From assembly GCF_004010195.1 (NCBI RefSeq), contig NC_057725.1, positions 50,236,143 through 50,300,142 of the forward strand: 64,000 nucleotides of DNA, in the 5' to 3' direction. Of the stretch, positions 1 to 11,110 are shown piece by piece. The notes under the pieces are model-generated. The model saw only the letters and a list, made by a program, of their open reading frames with translations, did not search any database and had not been told where the DNA came from. Each line of letters starts with the position of its first letter. Position 1 is the first letter of the stretch. This DNA is from Chiloscyllium plagiosum. Its lineage: Eukaryota. The position numbers and the translations under genes are program-made.

Positions 1-550
1 ACACACATACACACACACTTTCTCACACTCACAACCCCACAACCCAGACAGACAGACACAGACAGACAGACAAAGACCCACATGCACACATATATTTTGT
101 GTGGTGAATTTGTACTTGCAGAGTTACATTGTACTTTGCTCAAAAACTGCATGAATTTATGTAAAACTCTGTTATTTCACTTTTTAGATTAGAATCAATC
201 TAAACATCGGGTCATAGACAGAGAACACAGGGGGCTAACACCTTCAACATATTGTCTGGCTATCACCATTGTTAACAGCTAACCCGAGAATGCAACTTTT
301 AAAAAAAAGATTTTGTGATTTACACATGAAAGAAGTGAAACTATCACTGTATTCTAACAGATGAAAGGCTTAACAGACAATCAATTTTTCAATGTATAAT
401 TTCAGTTACATCACACTGCAAATTTTTGCTATAAATTCTGTGCTAGGATTGAGCCCTCCACAATCACCTGATGAAGGAGCGTCGCTCCAAAAGCTAGTGT
501 GCTTCTAATTAAACCTGTTGGACTATAACCTGGTGTTGTGTGATTTTTAA
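1..550 (+). mobile_element. PLE-type 3' terminal repeat (family B) with (CA)n/(CAGA)n and a decayed hammerhead at 465-499
   Basis: Near-identical to 5690-6260 and 26650-26813. Motif CTGATGA-A-GGAGC-gtc-GCTCC-aAAA-GCTA, with G12>A. Confidence 0.7.
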
Positions 551-620
551 AAATAATTGTTAAATATCTTAGTAATCTATTAGACTCAATATAAATATAT
601 TCTCATATAGACATACTCAC

Positions 621-748
621 ATGAACATTATCAGTGGGATGACTGGCTCTGTGAATATAAGCTCAGAAAAGGAATTGGACATCAAGTCGTAGAGCATGAG
701 TGTGAACTGTATTGTCAGCACAAGGCTGTAGTTTGACGTCTGCAGCAT
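621..748 (-). CDS. TMEM138: TMEM138 first coding exon (ciliary membrane protein; gene continues left of the window)
   Basis: Manual translation gives [42 protein letters not shown](I), matching the recalled N-terminus of vertebrate TMEM138 ([11 protein letters not shown]...). There are 128 coding nt, then a GTGAGT donor at 620-615. The acceptor ttccag gives a full exon of 621-809. Not in the ORF track. Confidence 0.95.
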
Positions 749-1769
749 TCCCCAGAGAAGTCAGTTAATCAGTGTTACAGCAATGTGAGGACATGGTCTG
801 TTCAATTATCTGGAATACAAAGATACATTTCAACATCAGAATTTAAGACAGCACACATAAAATAGCACTATGAGAATCTATGCATCATAACGATTCCCAT
901 CCTCTTCCACACATTATAATGGAAGATTACTGAGGATTGCATCTGGAAAGATAGATATATTGTGCCTCAATCATCACAGCCCAAATGTTATCCTATTACA
1001 GGTCAGCTAACTTAATATACGTGCAAGTCTTTAGTTTGTATCTTGTGATGTCTTTATCCACTAAGACATTATGCAGTCTACATGATCCAATTCCACACTG
1101 AACTGTAAAGATATCTAATAAGGATGTGTATTCAAGTCAAACTCAAGAAGAGGTCAACTTAGTTCACTGGTTATGATTATAATTTCAACCTTGCTACATC
1201 AATCAATCACCTATCTAATTAGAATCCCTATTCCTGGATCCTAACAAAGTACTATATAAAATCCACACCCTCAAAGCAGCTGTTGCTTTTTGGTTCTTTC
1301 TTTCAAAAACTGTATACAGAAGTTATACCACTATTAAGGCTTGACAGGGAGTTCAGAAGGTAACACTAGAATGGCTCCAGGGATATAGAATACAGCAGTT
1401 ACATGCCCAGTATGTGGAAGCTGAAGTTACCCTTCCTGGAGGAAAGAAGGCTAAAAAAAATTTTGATGTATGAAGATGAATCTTGAAACATTTTGATCAA
1501 GCAGTGTGCTGTTGCTTGGCCACGACCCCCCCATGTCGCATCTGAGTGACATGCATCAAGTGGGTGTTGACTTGGGGCATTCACAGAGAAACCCCAGGCC
1601 TGTCGGTGCTTGGCCACACCTCCCACCCCCCACATCCATTTGAATGATACGCATCAAGTGGGTGTCAACTTTGGTTAACTGTTTGCTCACCAAACAACCT
1701 TGTTAATGAGAAAAAAAACTTTGGAGCTTTGCGGTTTTTGGATGTTCGGATAAAGGATCTTCTACCTGA

Positions 1770-3230
1770 TTTGATTTATTGTCATGTTTACCTAAATATC
1801 GTGAAAAGCTTTGTTTGCGAGCAGTACAGGCAGATCATAGTTAGCAAGGAGATACATATCATAGGGTGCTTGATAAGAAACTATACAGGATACACTGCAC
1901 AGGAGGTGTGCAAAGCAAGATCAACATTAACAAGATCAGCATTATTTGAAGTTAAAGAGTCCATTCATCAGTCTAATAATGGCAGGAAAAAGCTTTTCTT
2001 GAAACTGTTGGTGTGTGTTCAAGCTTCTGTATGTTCTACCTGATGGAAGTGATTGTAGGAGAGCATTACCAGGGTAGGAGGGGTCTTTGCTGAAACTGGC
2101 AACTTTTCCATGACAATGAGAAGTGTAAATGGAGTACATGGATGGAAGGTTGGCTTCCATGATAGTCTCGGCTGTGTACGCAACCTTCCGTAGTTTCTTA
2201 CGGCCCCAGGCGAAACAGTTGCCATATCAGGGCGTTATGCTTTCGGACAGTGAGGATCCTTATCGACATGCTGAATTTCCTGAGCCGTCTGAAGAAGAAC
2301 AGGCATTGCTGTACTTCTTGACCATCGCATCTACATGGGAAGTCCAGGACTATTTGTCAGTTATCATCACTCCGGGGAACTTGACGCTCTCAACTCTTTC
2401 AACATTAGCTCCACTGATGTAAAGAGGGGCATGTTCTCCTCTTTTCTTTCTGAAGTCAATGATCAGTTCTTTTACTTTGCTGATATTGAGAGAGAAGTTG
2501 TTATCACTGCATCATGCCACCAAGTTCCTTTCTATATTCTGACTCATTGTTGTTCGCTATCCATCCTACCACTGTGGTGCCATCAGCGAACTTGTAGATG
2601 GCGTTCGTTCGGAATTTGGCTATACAGTTGTGGGTGTACAGGGAGTACTGTAGGAAGCAGAAAACACATCTTTGTGGGGCTCCAGTGTTGAGTGTTATTG
2701 TAGAGGATGTGCAGTTGTCTAATTGCGGTGGATAAGGAATCTGAGAATCCAGTTGCAGAGGGTAGAGCCGAGACCTGGTTCTCAGAGATTTCAGATCAGT
2801 CTGGAGGAGCTAACGGTGTTGAAGGCGGAGCTGTAGTCAATGAGCAGGAGTCTGACGTAGGTGTCTTTATTGTCCAGATGTTCCAGGGATGAGTGCAGGG
2901 TGAAGGAAATGGCATCTGCTGGCAGGCAAATTGCAAGGGATTGAAGCAGCCTGGGAGCTACAGTTGATGTGGGCCATGACCAGCATCTCAAAGCGCTACA
3001 TTACCATGGAGGTCAGAGCAACTGGGTAGTGTAGCACATTGCATGTGCTTTCTTAGGTACTGGGATGGTTGTGGTCTTCTTGAAGCAGGTGGGGGCTTTG
3101 GCTTGTAGGAAGAGAGGGTGAAGTTGTCAGTGACTACCTGCACCAGTTGGTCTGCACAGGATCTAAGTGCACAACTGGGAATTCTGTCCGGGCCTGTTGC
3201 TTTCAATGGGTTGACTCTCAGGAATACCAA
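1770..3230 (-). mobile_element. Rex1/Babar-type LINE, 5'-truncated and decayed
   Basis: RT fragments [37 protein letters not shown]; 3' tail aataaatcaaatc. Confidence 0.85.
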
Positions 3231-4945
3231 TCTGATGTGTGCAGCTTAACGTGGATAAATGAGGTTAGTCATTTTGGTCAGGATAATGGAAAGGCAAATT
3301 ATCTAAATGGAGAGAAATTCCAGTATGCTTCAGTGCATAGGGATCTGGATGTCCTCGCGCATGAATTGCAGACTACTCGTTTTTATTGTAGGAGCATAAC
3401 CTCCATTATTTCTGATGCTTCTGCTAATTAAAGGCAAGTATCCCAGTAGCTTTGTTATCCACCTTAACTACCCATCCAACTACCTTCAGGAATCTTAGAC
3501 AAGCACTCCCAAGGCCCACTGTTCTTCCACATTTCTCACTAACTAACCATTTATTGTGCATTATCTTGCCTTGTTCGCCTTCCCTGAATACATCACCTCA
3601 TACTTCACCAAGGAGAACTCAATTTTCCATTGTTGTGACCACCTAAATAGTCTATTGATATCTTCTTACAGTATACAGCTTCATCACCATTTACACACCC
3701 AAATTTTGTATCTTTGCAAACTTAACTATACACCCCCCATTTAAATTCTAGTTATTCCCATATGCCATAAAAATCAAGGGAGCTAGTACTGAGCCCTGTG
3801 GAACTCAACTGGAAAGGTCCTTACAGCTATTAAGACACAGAAACGTTACCATTTGCTTCCATCCTCCCTGAATGCAACTTGGCCTTGGATCCAGTTGATG
3901 TTGACTGGTGATCATTCTGCATGCAAGATCTTTTCAAAGCTTTGCCAAAATCCATAAAGACTACATTAATTGCATAATTCCATCAAACTTAGTTATCTCT
4001 TCAGAAAAATTCAATATCAAGCTTTCAACAAATCTGTAACTATCTTTGATTAACAGATGTATTTTTAAATGAAGATTAATTTTGTCCCTCAGAATATTTC
4101 CTCAATAATTTTCCTACCAGTATGGTTAACCCGACTGTAATTACTCAGTTCACTTCATCCCTATGGTTCTCCTAAAAATGGTGCATTAGCTGTTTTCTGA
4201 TCATCTGGAATCACACCTACAATTGGAACATTACGGTCAGTGCCTCTGTTTTTTTACCCCTTCATCAGGCTTCACGTAGGCCTGGGGATTTAGGTGCAAC
4301 TCCAGGCTAACAATAATGTGCGTATCTCTTAAATGCTTTCAAAAGATGCGCAATAAACCTTCATGCCATTGTACAATACCCACATCCAGTACATACTAAA
4401 AGCTTGTCATGTGCACTGGTCAAGGAAAGACTTGTGAACAATAGCTAATTATGAAGTTGAAAAAGTTAGAAGAATCTTAATAATCTCAAATTAAATATTC
4501 TTAAAGCAAAACAATGATCAAATCAAGCAGGCCATTGAAAAATATTTTTAAAGGTAGAATACCAGTCAGAGAGGGACTTGTGACATAGTTGATACAAACT
4601 GGCTTTTATTTCAGGCCTTTGGCCTGAAAGTTCAGGTTCAAATCTCACTTGCCCTGGAGATGTGTTTAACAGATTGATTAAAATATTTCCAATTCAGAGA
4701 GGGTAACAACCAATAATAATTAATGCTCTAGTTAGCCAACACCTAAAATGTTGATCACGAAGAGGGAAAAAGACCTTTGATTGGTGGTGAAGAGTCACAT
4801 AAGTGTTTAAACGTTAACTTTGCTTTTCTCTCCACAGAGAGACCTGCAAAGTTTCTTCAGCAGTTACTGGTTTGTTTTGATTTAAAATTTTCAGTTCCCT
4901 CGGTAACTTGATTAACGAAGTCGACGCAGGTGAGAGGATGTTTAC

Positions 4946-5035
4946 CGCCAGTGACGGAGGCGACAGGCTTTTGGTCAGCAAACATATTTGGGTCTTTCAA
5001 ACTGGCATACAGGCCATCAAAAAGCAATTCAAAAT
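4946..5035 (-). other. Candidate 90-nt phase-1/phase-1 internal exon of the TMEM138 leader
   Basis: Acceptor ...atttctattcccttaatgattcatag and donor GCG|gtaaac. The frame is open (DFELLFDGLYASLKDPNMFADQKPVASVTG) and continues the exon-1 upstream ORF. Confidence 0.4.
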
Positions 5036-5409
5036 CTATGAATCATTAAGGGAATAGAAATGATATTATTTGACATTACAAAATGAAGTTAAATGTCAGA
5101 ATTTTAAATTAGAGACAAACATTTTTAAGGCAGATGTCAGGAAATTCTTCATCAAATGATCGCTGTCCTGGGATAAATTAAGAAATAATTGGATCGAGGT
5201 CTCTGAATGGATCAATTAAAGTGGATTGAATTGTGTCGGTTGGATAAGTTAACATGAAATTTCCCACAAGAGACCCCAGACTTGTAGCAGGTATTCTCCC
5301 CCCCCCCCCAATGAACACAAATCTCCAAACTACCCTAATTTTCATTCACTCCCAATTCGATCCTCACTACCCCAACAGTAACTCAACGTGTTTAAAGTGA
5401 CTAGAATTT

Positions 5410-5690
5410 TCCAAAAGCCGGGAGCATGGGTAAAACGGAATGCGAAGAGGCTGCTCACCCTTTAAAACACCGACATACCGCCCAGGCCCCAGAACGGCTG
5501 GATCCTCGACAATTACCAAGGCCATGGCGGCGTTCATAGAAACCGAGACGCGAATCATCGAGCAGGCCCGAGCCTTCCGCAGCGACACCTGCCGGACTGG
5601 AGAAGTATCAGTGGTCGCTTCCCATCTTCGGTGAAACAGCGTCACCTGCCGAAGGTAAAAAACGGAGTTCTCTTACAGCGTAGGGCACAC
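5410..5690 (-). promoter_or_regulatory. TMEM138: CpG-rich promoter and probable exon 1 of TMEM138
   Basis: Local GC/CpG enrichment in an AT-rich background. Minus-strand donor AAGG|GTGAG (exon ends at 5459). YY1-like motifs (ATGGCGGC at 5524-5531, CCATCTT near 5622) and a CGTCA half-site near 5640. Confidence 0.7.
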
Positions 5691-6260
5691 TCACTCCCAT
5701 ATGCACCCTATTTACACTCACATATACGTTCTCTCTCTCTCTCTCTCACACAGACACTCACAACTCCCCACCCCAAACACACACATACGTTTGTGGGGTG
5801 AATTTGTACTGGCAGAGTTACATCGTACTTTGCTCAAAAACTGCATGAATCCAAGAAGACTCTGTTAACTCATTTTTTAGATTAGAATTAGTCTAAACAG
5901 TATGGCACAGACAACAGCACATAAGGGGCTAACACCAATTGTTAAAGTTAACCTGAGAATGTAACCTTTAAAAAACATTTTGTGATGTTATATATGAAAG
6001 AAGTGAAACTAACATGGTCATTCTAACTGATGAGAGACTTAAACAATCAAGGTATTTTTCAATGTATAATTTCAGTTACATCACACTGTAAACTTTTGCT
6101 ATAAATTCTGTGTCTTAAAATTGTGTACTCCACAACCACCTGACGGAGGAGCAGTGCTCTGAAAGCTCGTGCTTCCAATTAAACCTGTTGGACGATAACC
6201 TGGTGTTGTGTAATTTTTAACTTTGTACACCCCAGTTCAACACCGGCATCTCCAAATCAG
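5690..6260 (+). mobile_element. PLE-type 3' terminal repeat (family B) with hammerhead variant at 6137-6171
   Basis: Paralog of 1-550. Motif cac-CTGACGG-A-GGAGC-agt-GCTCT-GAAA-GCTC-gtg. Confidence 0.7.
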
Positions 6261-6529
6261 CGGTAAAGTCATGAGACTCACAAACAATGTCAGATGTTTA
6301 AAGCATCATTTGTCTCAATTTCTGGCCTTGCCTTCCGTGCTGAATGCATAGATTGGAATCTGAAGTAGCATTGTAAAAACTAATTACACGTATCCAGAAT
6401 GTTTTTGTGAAATTCAGTGCTTATTGTGCCCAGCGGAACGTTGTAATGAGTGTGAGAAAGACCTGAAACTTAAGAGTCTCGACCTAATTTGGGAAGTGGA
6501 ACAACTGACAAAGAAGCCAAGAAGTGACT

Positions 6530-6880
6530 GAGAATCATAGATTCCCCACAGTGTGGAAGCACGCCATCGACTCTCTGTATGGATCAATTAAAGTGGGTTG
6601 AATTGTACTTGTGTTGAATAAATTAACATGCAATTTCCCACGAGAGATCCCAAGTTTGTACCAGGCTTCCTTACCGACTCTGTAAAGTAGATCCCACCCA
6701 GACCTGACCCCCTCAACCCTATTTCTGTAACCCTCTATTCCCCACGGCTAATCCATTTAGCCTGCAAATCTCTGGAAGCTCTGGGCAATTTAGCATTGTC
6801 AATCAATGCTAATCTGCACATCTTTGGATTGTGGGAGGAAACCCAAGCAGACACAGGGAGAATGTGCAAACTCTGCACTT
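6530..6880 (-). mobile_element. V-SINE (HE1-like), partial
   Basis: V-domain-like tgtgggaggaaacc...ggagaatgtgcaaactc and CR1-like tail. Confidence 0.75.
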
Positions 6881-7254
6881 AAGTAGCCATCCTACAGAAG
6901 TTGTCACACAAATCAATGCAAATGTTATTTTAATTAAATTTTAACTTTCATAGTTTCTACATGCTGTGAAATTATTTGAAATTGAAATGACTCTGTTAAA
7001 AAGTTGGTTTGCTTACTTTACAACTTCCCCAACACTGATCAAGAAATTGTCTGCACAAATACAAAAATATAAAGTCCAGTGTTTGAAATATGAAACAAAA
7101 GCAGCAAGTGATGGAAATACTCAGTTGGACTGGCAGTATCTTGAAGTGAGAAACAGATTTCAGGGAAAAGTACTTATAAAAGGATACAACTGAAACATCT
7201 CTAACCTGTGTACATTTATATGTCAGGCATCAAATGTATGATTTTTAATTGCCA

Positions 7255-7822
7255 TTTTTAATATTCTGCATCCGTTGTACACAATGTGGTCTCCTCTACA
7301 GTGGGGAGACAGGATGCCAACTTGCAGATTGTTTCAGAGAACATTTCTGGAACACCTGCACTGACCAACTCCACTGCCTGTGGCTGAACACTTTAACACC
7401 CCTTCCCACTCTGCCAAGGACATGCAGGTCCTCCATTGCCAAACCCTAACCACCTGACGGCTGGAGGAAGAACGTCTCATCTTCCACCTTGGACCCTCCA
7501 GCCACATGGGATCAATGTGGATTTCACCAGTTTCTCTATTTCCCCTCTCCCCATCTTATCCCAGTCCCAACCTTCCAACTCGGCACCGCCCTCTTGAATA
7601 GTCCTACCTGTCCATTTTCCTTCCCACATATCTGCTCTAGCCTCCTCTCTGACTTATCATTTTCACCCCTACCTTCACGTACCTATCACATTCCTAGCTA
7701 TCTTCCCCCAGCCCCACTCCCTCCTATTTGTCTCTCAGCCCTGTTGGCCCACAAGCCTAATTTCAGATGAAGGGCTTATGCCTGAAACGTTGATTCTCCT
7801 GTTCCTCAGATACTGCCTGACC
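7255..7822 (+). mobile_element. Penelope-like element 3' fragment (GIY-YIG endonuclease plus family A terminal repeat)
   Basis: CIRCTQCGLLYSGETGCQLADCFREH (GIY-YIG-like), EEERLIFHLG; ends in a decayed hammerhead at about 7762-7795. Confidence 0.85.
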
Positions 7823-7994
7823 AATCCCACACACAGACATTAACAGAAAAAAATGTTGTGATAAACAGAGGGAAAGACTGGGAAGGTAGTTCAATGGTCC
7901 TTGTTCACAGGGTTCACTGAAATGTTGCTTTTGGCTGGTCAGGCTATGCTGTTCTTTGATTCTCCTTCACAAGCTAGTTTGAAAAATAATGTCA

Positions 7995-10900
7995 CAGAGT
8001 CATAGACATGTACAGTCAAAAACAGACCCTTCAGTCCAACTCATCTATGCCGACCAGATATCCTAACTTAATCTAGTCCCGTTTGCCAGAACTTGGCCTA
8101 TATCTCTCTTAAACCCTTCCAATTGATGTACCCATCCAGATGCCTTTTAAATGCTGTAATTGTACCAGCCTCCACCACTTCCTCTGGCAGCTCATTCCAT
8201 ACACGTACCATCCTCTGCATGAAAAGGTTGCCCCTTAGGTCTCTTTTATATCTTTCCCCTCACCTGAAACTTATGCCCTCTAGTTCTGGACTCCCCCACC
8301 CCATGGACTCCCTTGTCTGTTTCACCTATCCATGCCCCTGACGATTTTATAAATCGCTGTAACTCATCCCTCAGCCTCCGATGCTCCAGGGAAAACAGTC
8401 ACAGCCTATTCAGCCTCTCCCTTTCGCTCAAACCCTCCAACCATGGCAACATCCTCGTAAATCTTTTCTGAACCCTTTCAAGTTTCACAAAATCCCTCCA
8501 ATACGAAGGAGACAGAATTGCAAGCAATATTCCAACAGTGACCTAACCAATGTCCTGTACAACCACAACATAACCTCTCAACTCCTATACGCAATGCTCT
8601 GACCAATAAAGGAAAGCATACTAAATGCCTTCTTCACTATCCTATCTACCCGTGACTCTACTTCCAAGGAACTATGAACTTGCAGTCCAAGGTCTCTTTG
8701 TTAATGAACACTCCCCAGGACCTTACCACTAAGTGTATAAGTCCTGCTGTGATTTGCTTTTCCAAATTGCAGCACCTCACATTTATTGAAATTAAACTCC
8801 ATCTGCCACTCCTCAGCCCATTGGCCCATCTGATCAAGATCCCATTGTAATCTGAGGTAACCTTCTTTGCTGTCCACTACACCTCCAATTTTGGTGTCAT
8901 CTGAAAACTTACTAACTATACCTCCTATGTTCACATCCAAATAATTTATATAAATGATGAAAGGTAGTAGACCTAGCACTGATCCTTGTGGCACATCACT
9001 GGTGATAGGCCTCCAGTCTGAAAAGTAACCCTCCACCACCACCCTCTGTCTTCTACCTTTGGCTAGTTCTCCCAGTGTTCCATGTGATCTAACCTTGCTA
9101 ACCATGGAACCTTTTCGAACACCTAACTGGTCCATATTGATCACATCCACCATTCAGCCCTCATCAATCCTCTTCTTCAAAAAACTCAATCAAGTTTGTG
9201 AGACGTGATTTCCCATGCACAAAGCTATGCTGACTATTCCTAACCAGTCCTTGCCTTTCCAATATATGTAAATCCCACCCCACAGGATTCCCTCCAACAA
9301 CTTGCCCACCACCAATGTCAGGCTCACCAGTCTATAGTTCCCTGTCTTGTCCTTACCACCTTTCTTAAATAGTGGCACTACGTTAGCCAACTTCCAGTCT
9401 TCTGGCACCTCCTCTGTGAATATCAGTGGTACAATTATCTCAGCAAGGAGCCCAGCAATCACTTCCCTAGCTTCCCACAGAGGTCTACCTCTGATCAGCT
9501 TTTGGGGATTTATCCACTTTTATGCTTTTCAAGACATCCAGCACCACCACCTCTGTATTATGGACATTTTTCAAGATGTCACCATTTATTTCCCTACATT
9601 CTATATCTTTGATGTCCTTCTCCACAGTAAACACTGGTGCAAAATACTCATTTAGTATCTCCCCATCTCATGCAGCTTCACACATAGGCTGCCTTGCTGA
9701 TCTTTGAGGGGCCCTATTCTCTCCCTCGTTACCCTTTTGTCCTTAATGCATTTGTAAAAACCCTTTGGATTCTCCTTAACTCTATTTGCCAAAGCTATCT
9801 CATGTCCCCTTTTTGCCCTCCTGATTTCCCTCTTAAGTATACTCCTCCTGCCTTTACACTCTGAAGGAGTCATTTGATCTATCCTGTCTATACCTGACAT
9901 ATGCTTCCTTCTTTTTCTTCACCAAAACCTCAATTTCTCTTGTCATCCAGCATTTCCTACATCTATCAGGCTTTCCTTTCACCCTAACAGGAATATACTG
10001 TCTAGACTCTCATTATCTCATTTTTGAAGGATTCCCATTTTCCAGCCTTCCCTTTACCCGCAAATGTCTGCTCCCATCAGTTTTTGAAAGCTCTTGCCTA
10101 ATACTGTCAAAATTAGCCTTCTTCAATTTAGAACTTCAACTTTTAGATCCTGTCTATCCTTTTCCATCACTATTTTAAAACTAATAGAATTATGGTCACT
10201 GGCCTGAAAGTGCCCTCCCACTGACACGTCAATCACCTTATTTCCTTATTTCCCAAGAGGAGGTCAGGGTTTGCACCTTCTCTAGTAGGATCATCAACAT
10301 ACTGAATTAGAAAATTATCTTGTACGCTGATTTTTGAGGGGCCCTATTCTCTCCCTCGTTACCCTTTTGTCCTTAATGCATTTGCAAAAACTCTTTGGAT
10401 TCTCCCTAACTCTATTTGCCAAAGCTATCTCATGTCCCCTTCTTCTCCATCTAAACCCCTAACACTATGGCAATCCCAGTCTATTTTTGTAAAGTTGAAA
10501 TCCCTGACCATAACCACCCTAGTATTCTTACAAATAACTGAAATCTCCTTCAAATATGTTTCTCAATTTCCTGTTTTTAGGGGGTCTGTAATGCAATCCC
10601 AATAAGGTGATCATCCCTTTCTTATTTCTCAGTTCCACCCAAATAACTTCACTGGATGTATTCCCAGAATTATCCTCCCTAAGTACAGCAGTAGTACAAT
10701 CCCTGATTAAAAATACCACTCCCCCTCTCCTCTCACCTCCCTTTCAATCCTTCCTATTGCATTTGTATCCTGGAACATGAAGCTGCCAGTCCTGTGCATC
10801 CTTGAGCCACATTTCTGTAATTGCTATGATATCCCAGTCCCATGTTCCTAACCATGCCCTGAATTCATCTGCCTTCCCCATTCGGCCTCTTGCATTGAAG

Positions 10901-11110
10901 TAAATGCAATTTCAGTCCCACCTTGTTCTTTGCTTTGTTCCTTCCTACCCGGAATTTTTGATTCACTCCCTTTTTGCAACTGTACCAGTCTTAGATTGAT
11001 CTCTTTCCTCACTATTTCCCTGGGTCCCACCGCCACACCCCCACCCCTCTCCACCACCATCTTACTAGTTCAAATACTCCCAAGCAGCTCTAGCAAATCT
11101 CCCTGCCACT
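7995..11110 (-). mobile_element. CR1 LINE (HER1-like), long decayed copy
   Basis: VPEDWKLANVVPLFKKG, NYRLVSLT, VPQGSVLG, SKFSDDTKIGG, WQMEFN and endonuclease IWVELRNKKG; multiple frameshifts. Confidence 0.93.

Noticed and set aside
4380-4416. Possible extra minus-strand TMEM138 leader exon
   Set aside because: Weak donor, and a stop codon in the frame that would continue the uORF; no support.
5367-5645. 92-aa minus and 64-aa plus ORFs as standalone genes
   Set aside because: They lie in GC-rich promoter sequence with no recognisable homology, and the minus frame crosses a splice donor. Only the spliced uORF part is kept as a candidate.
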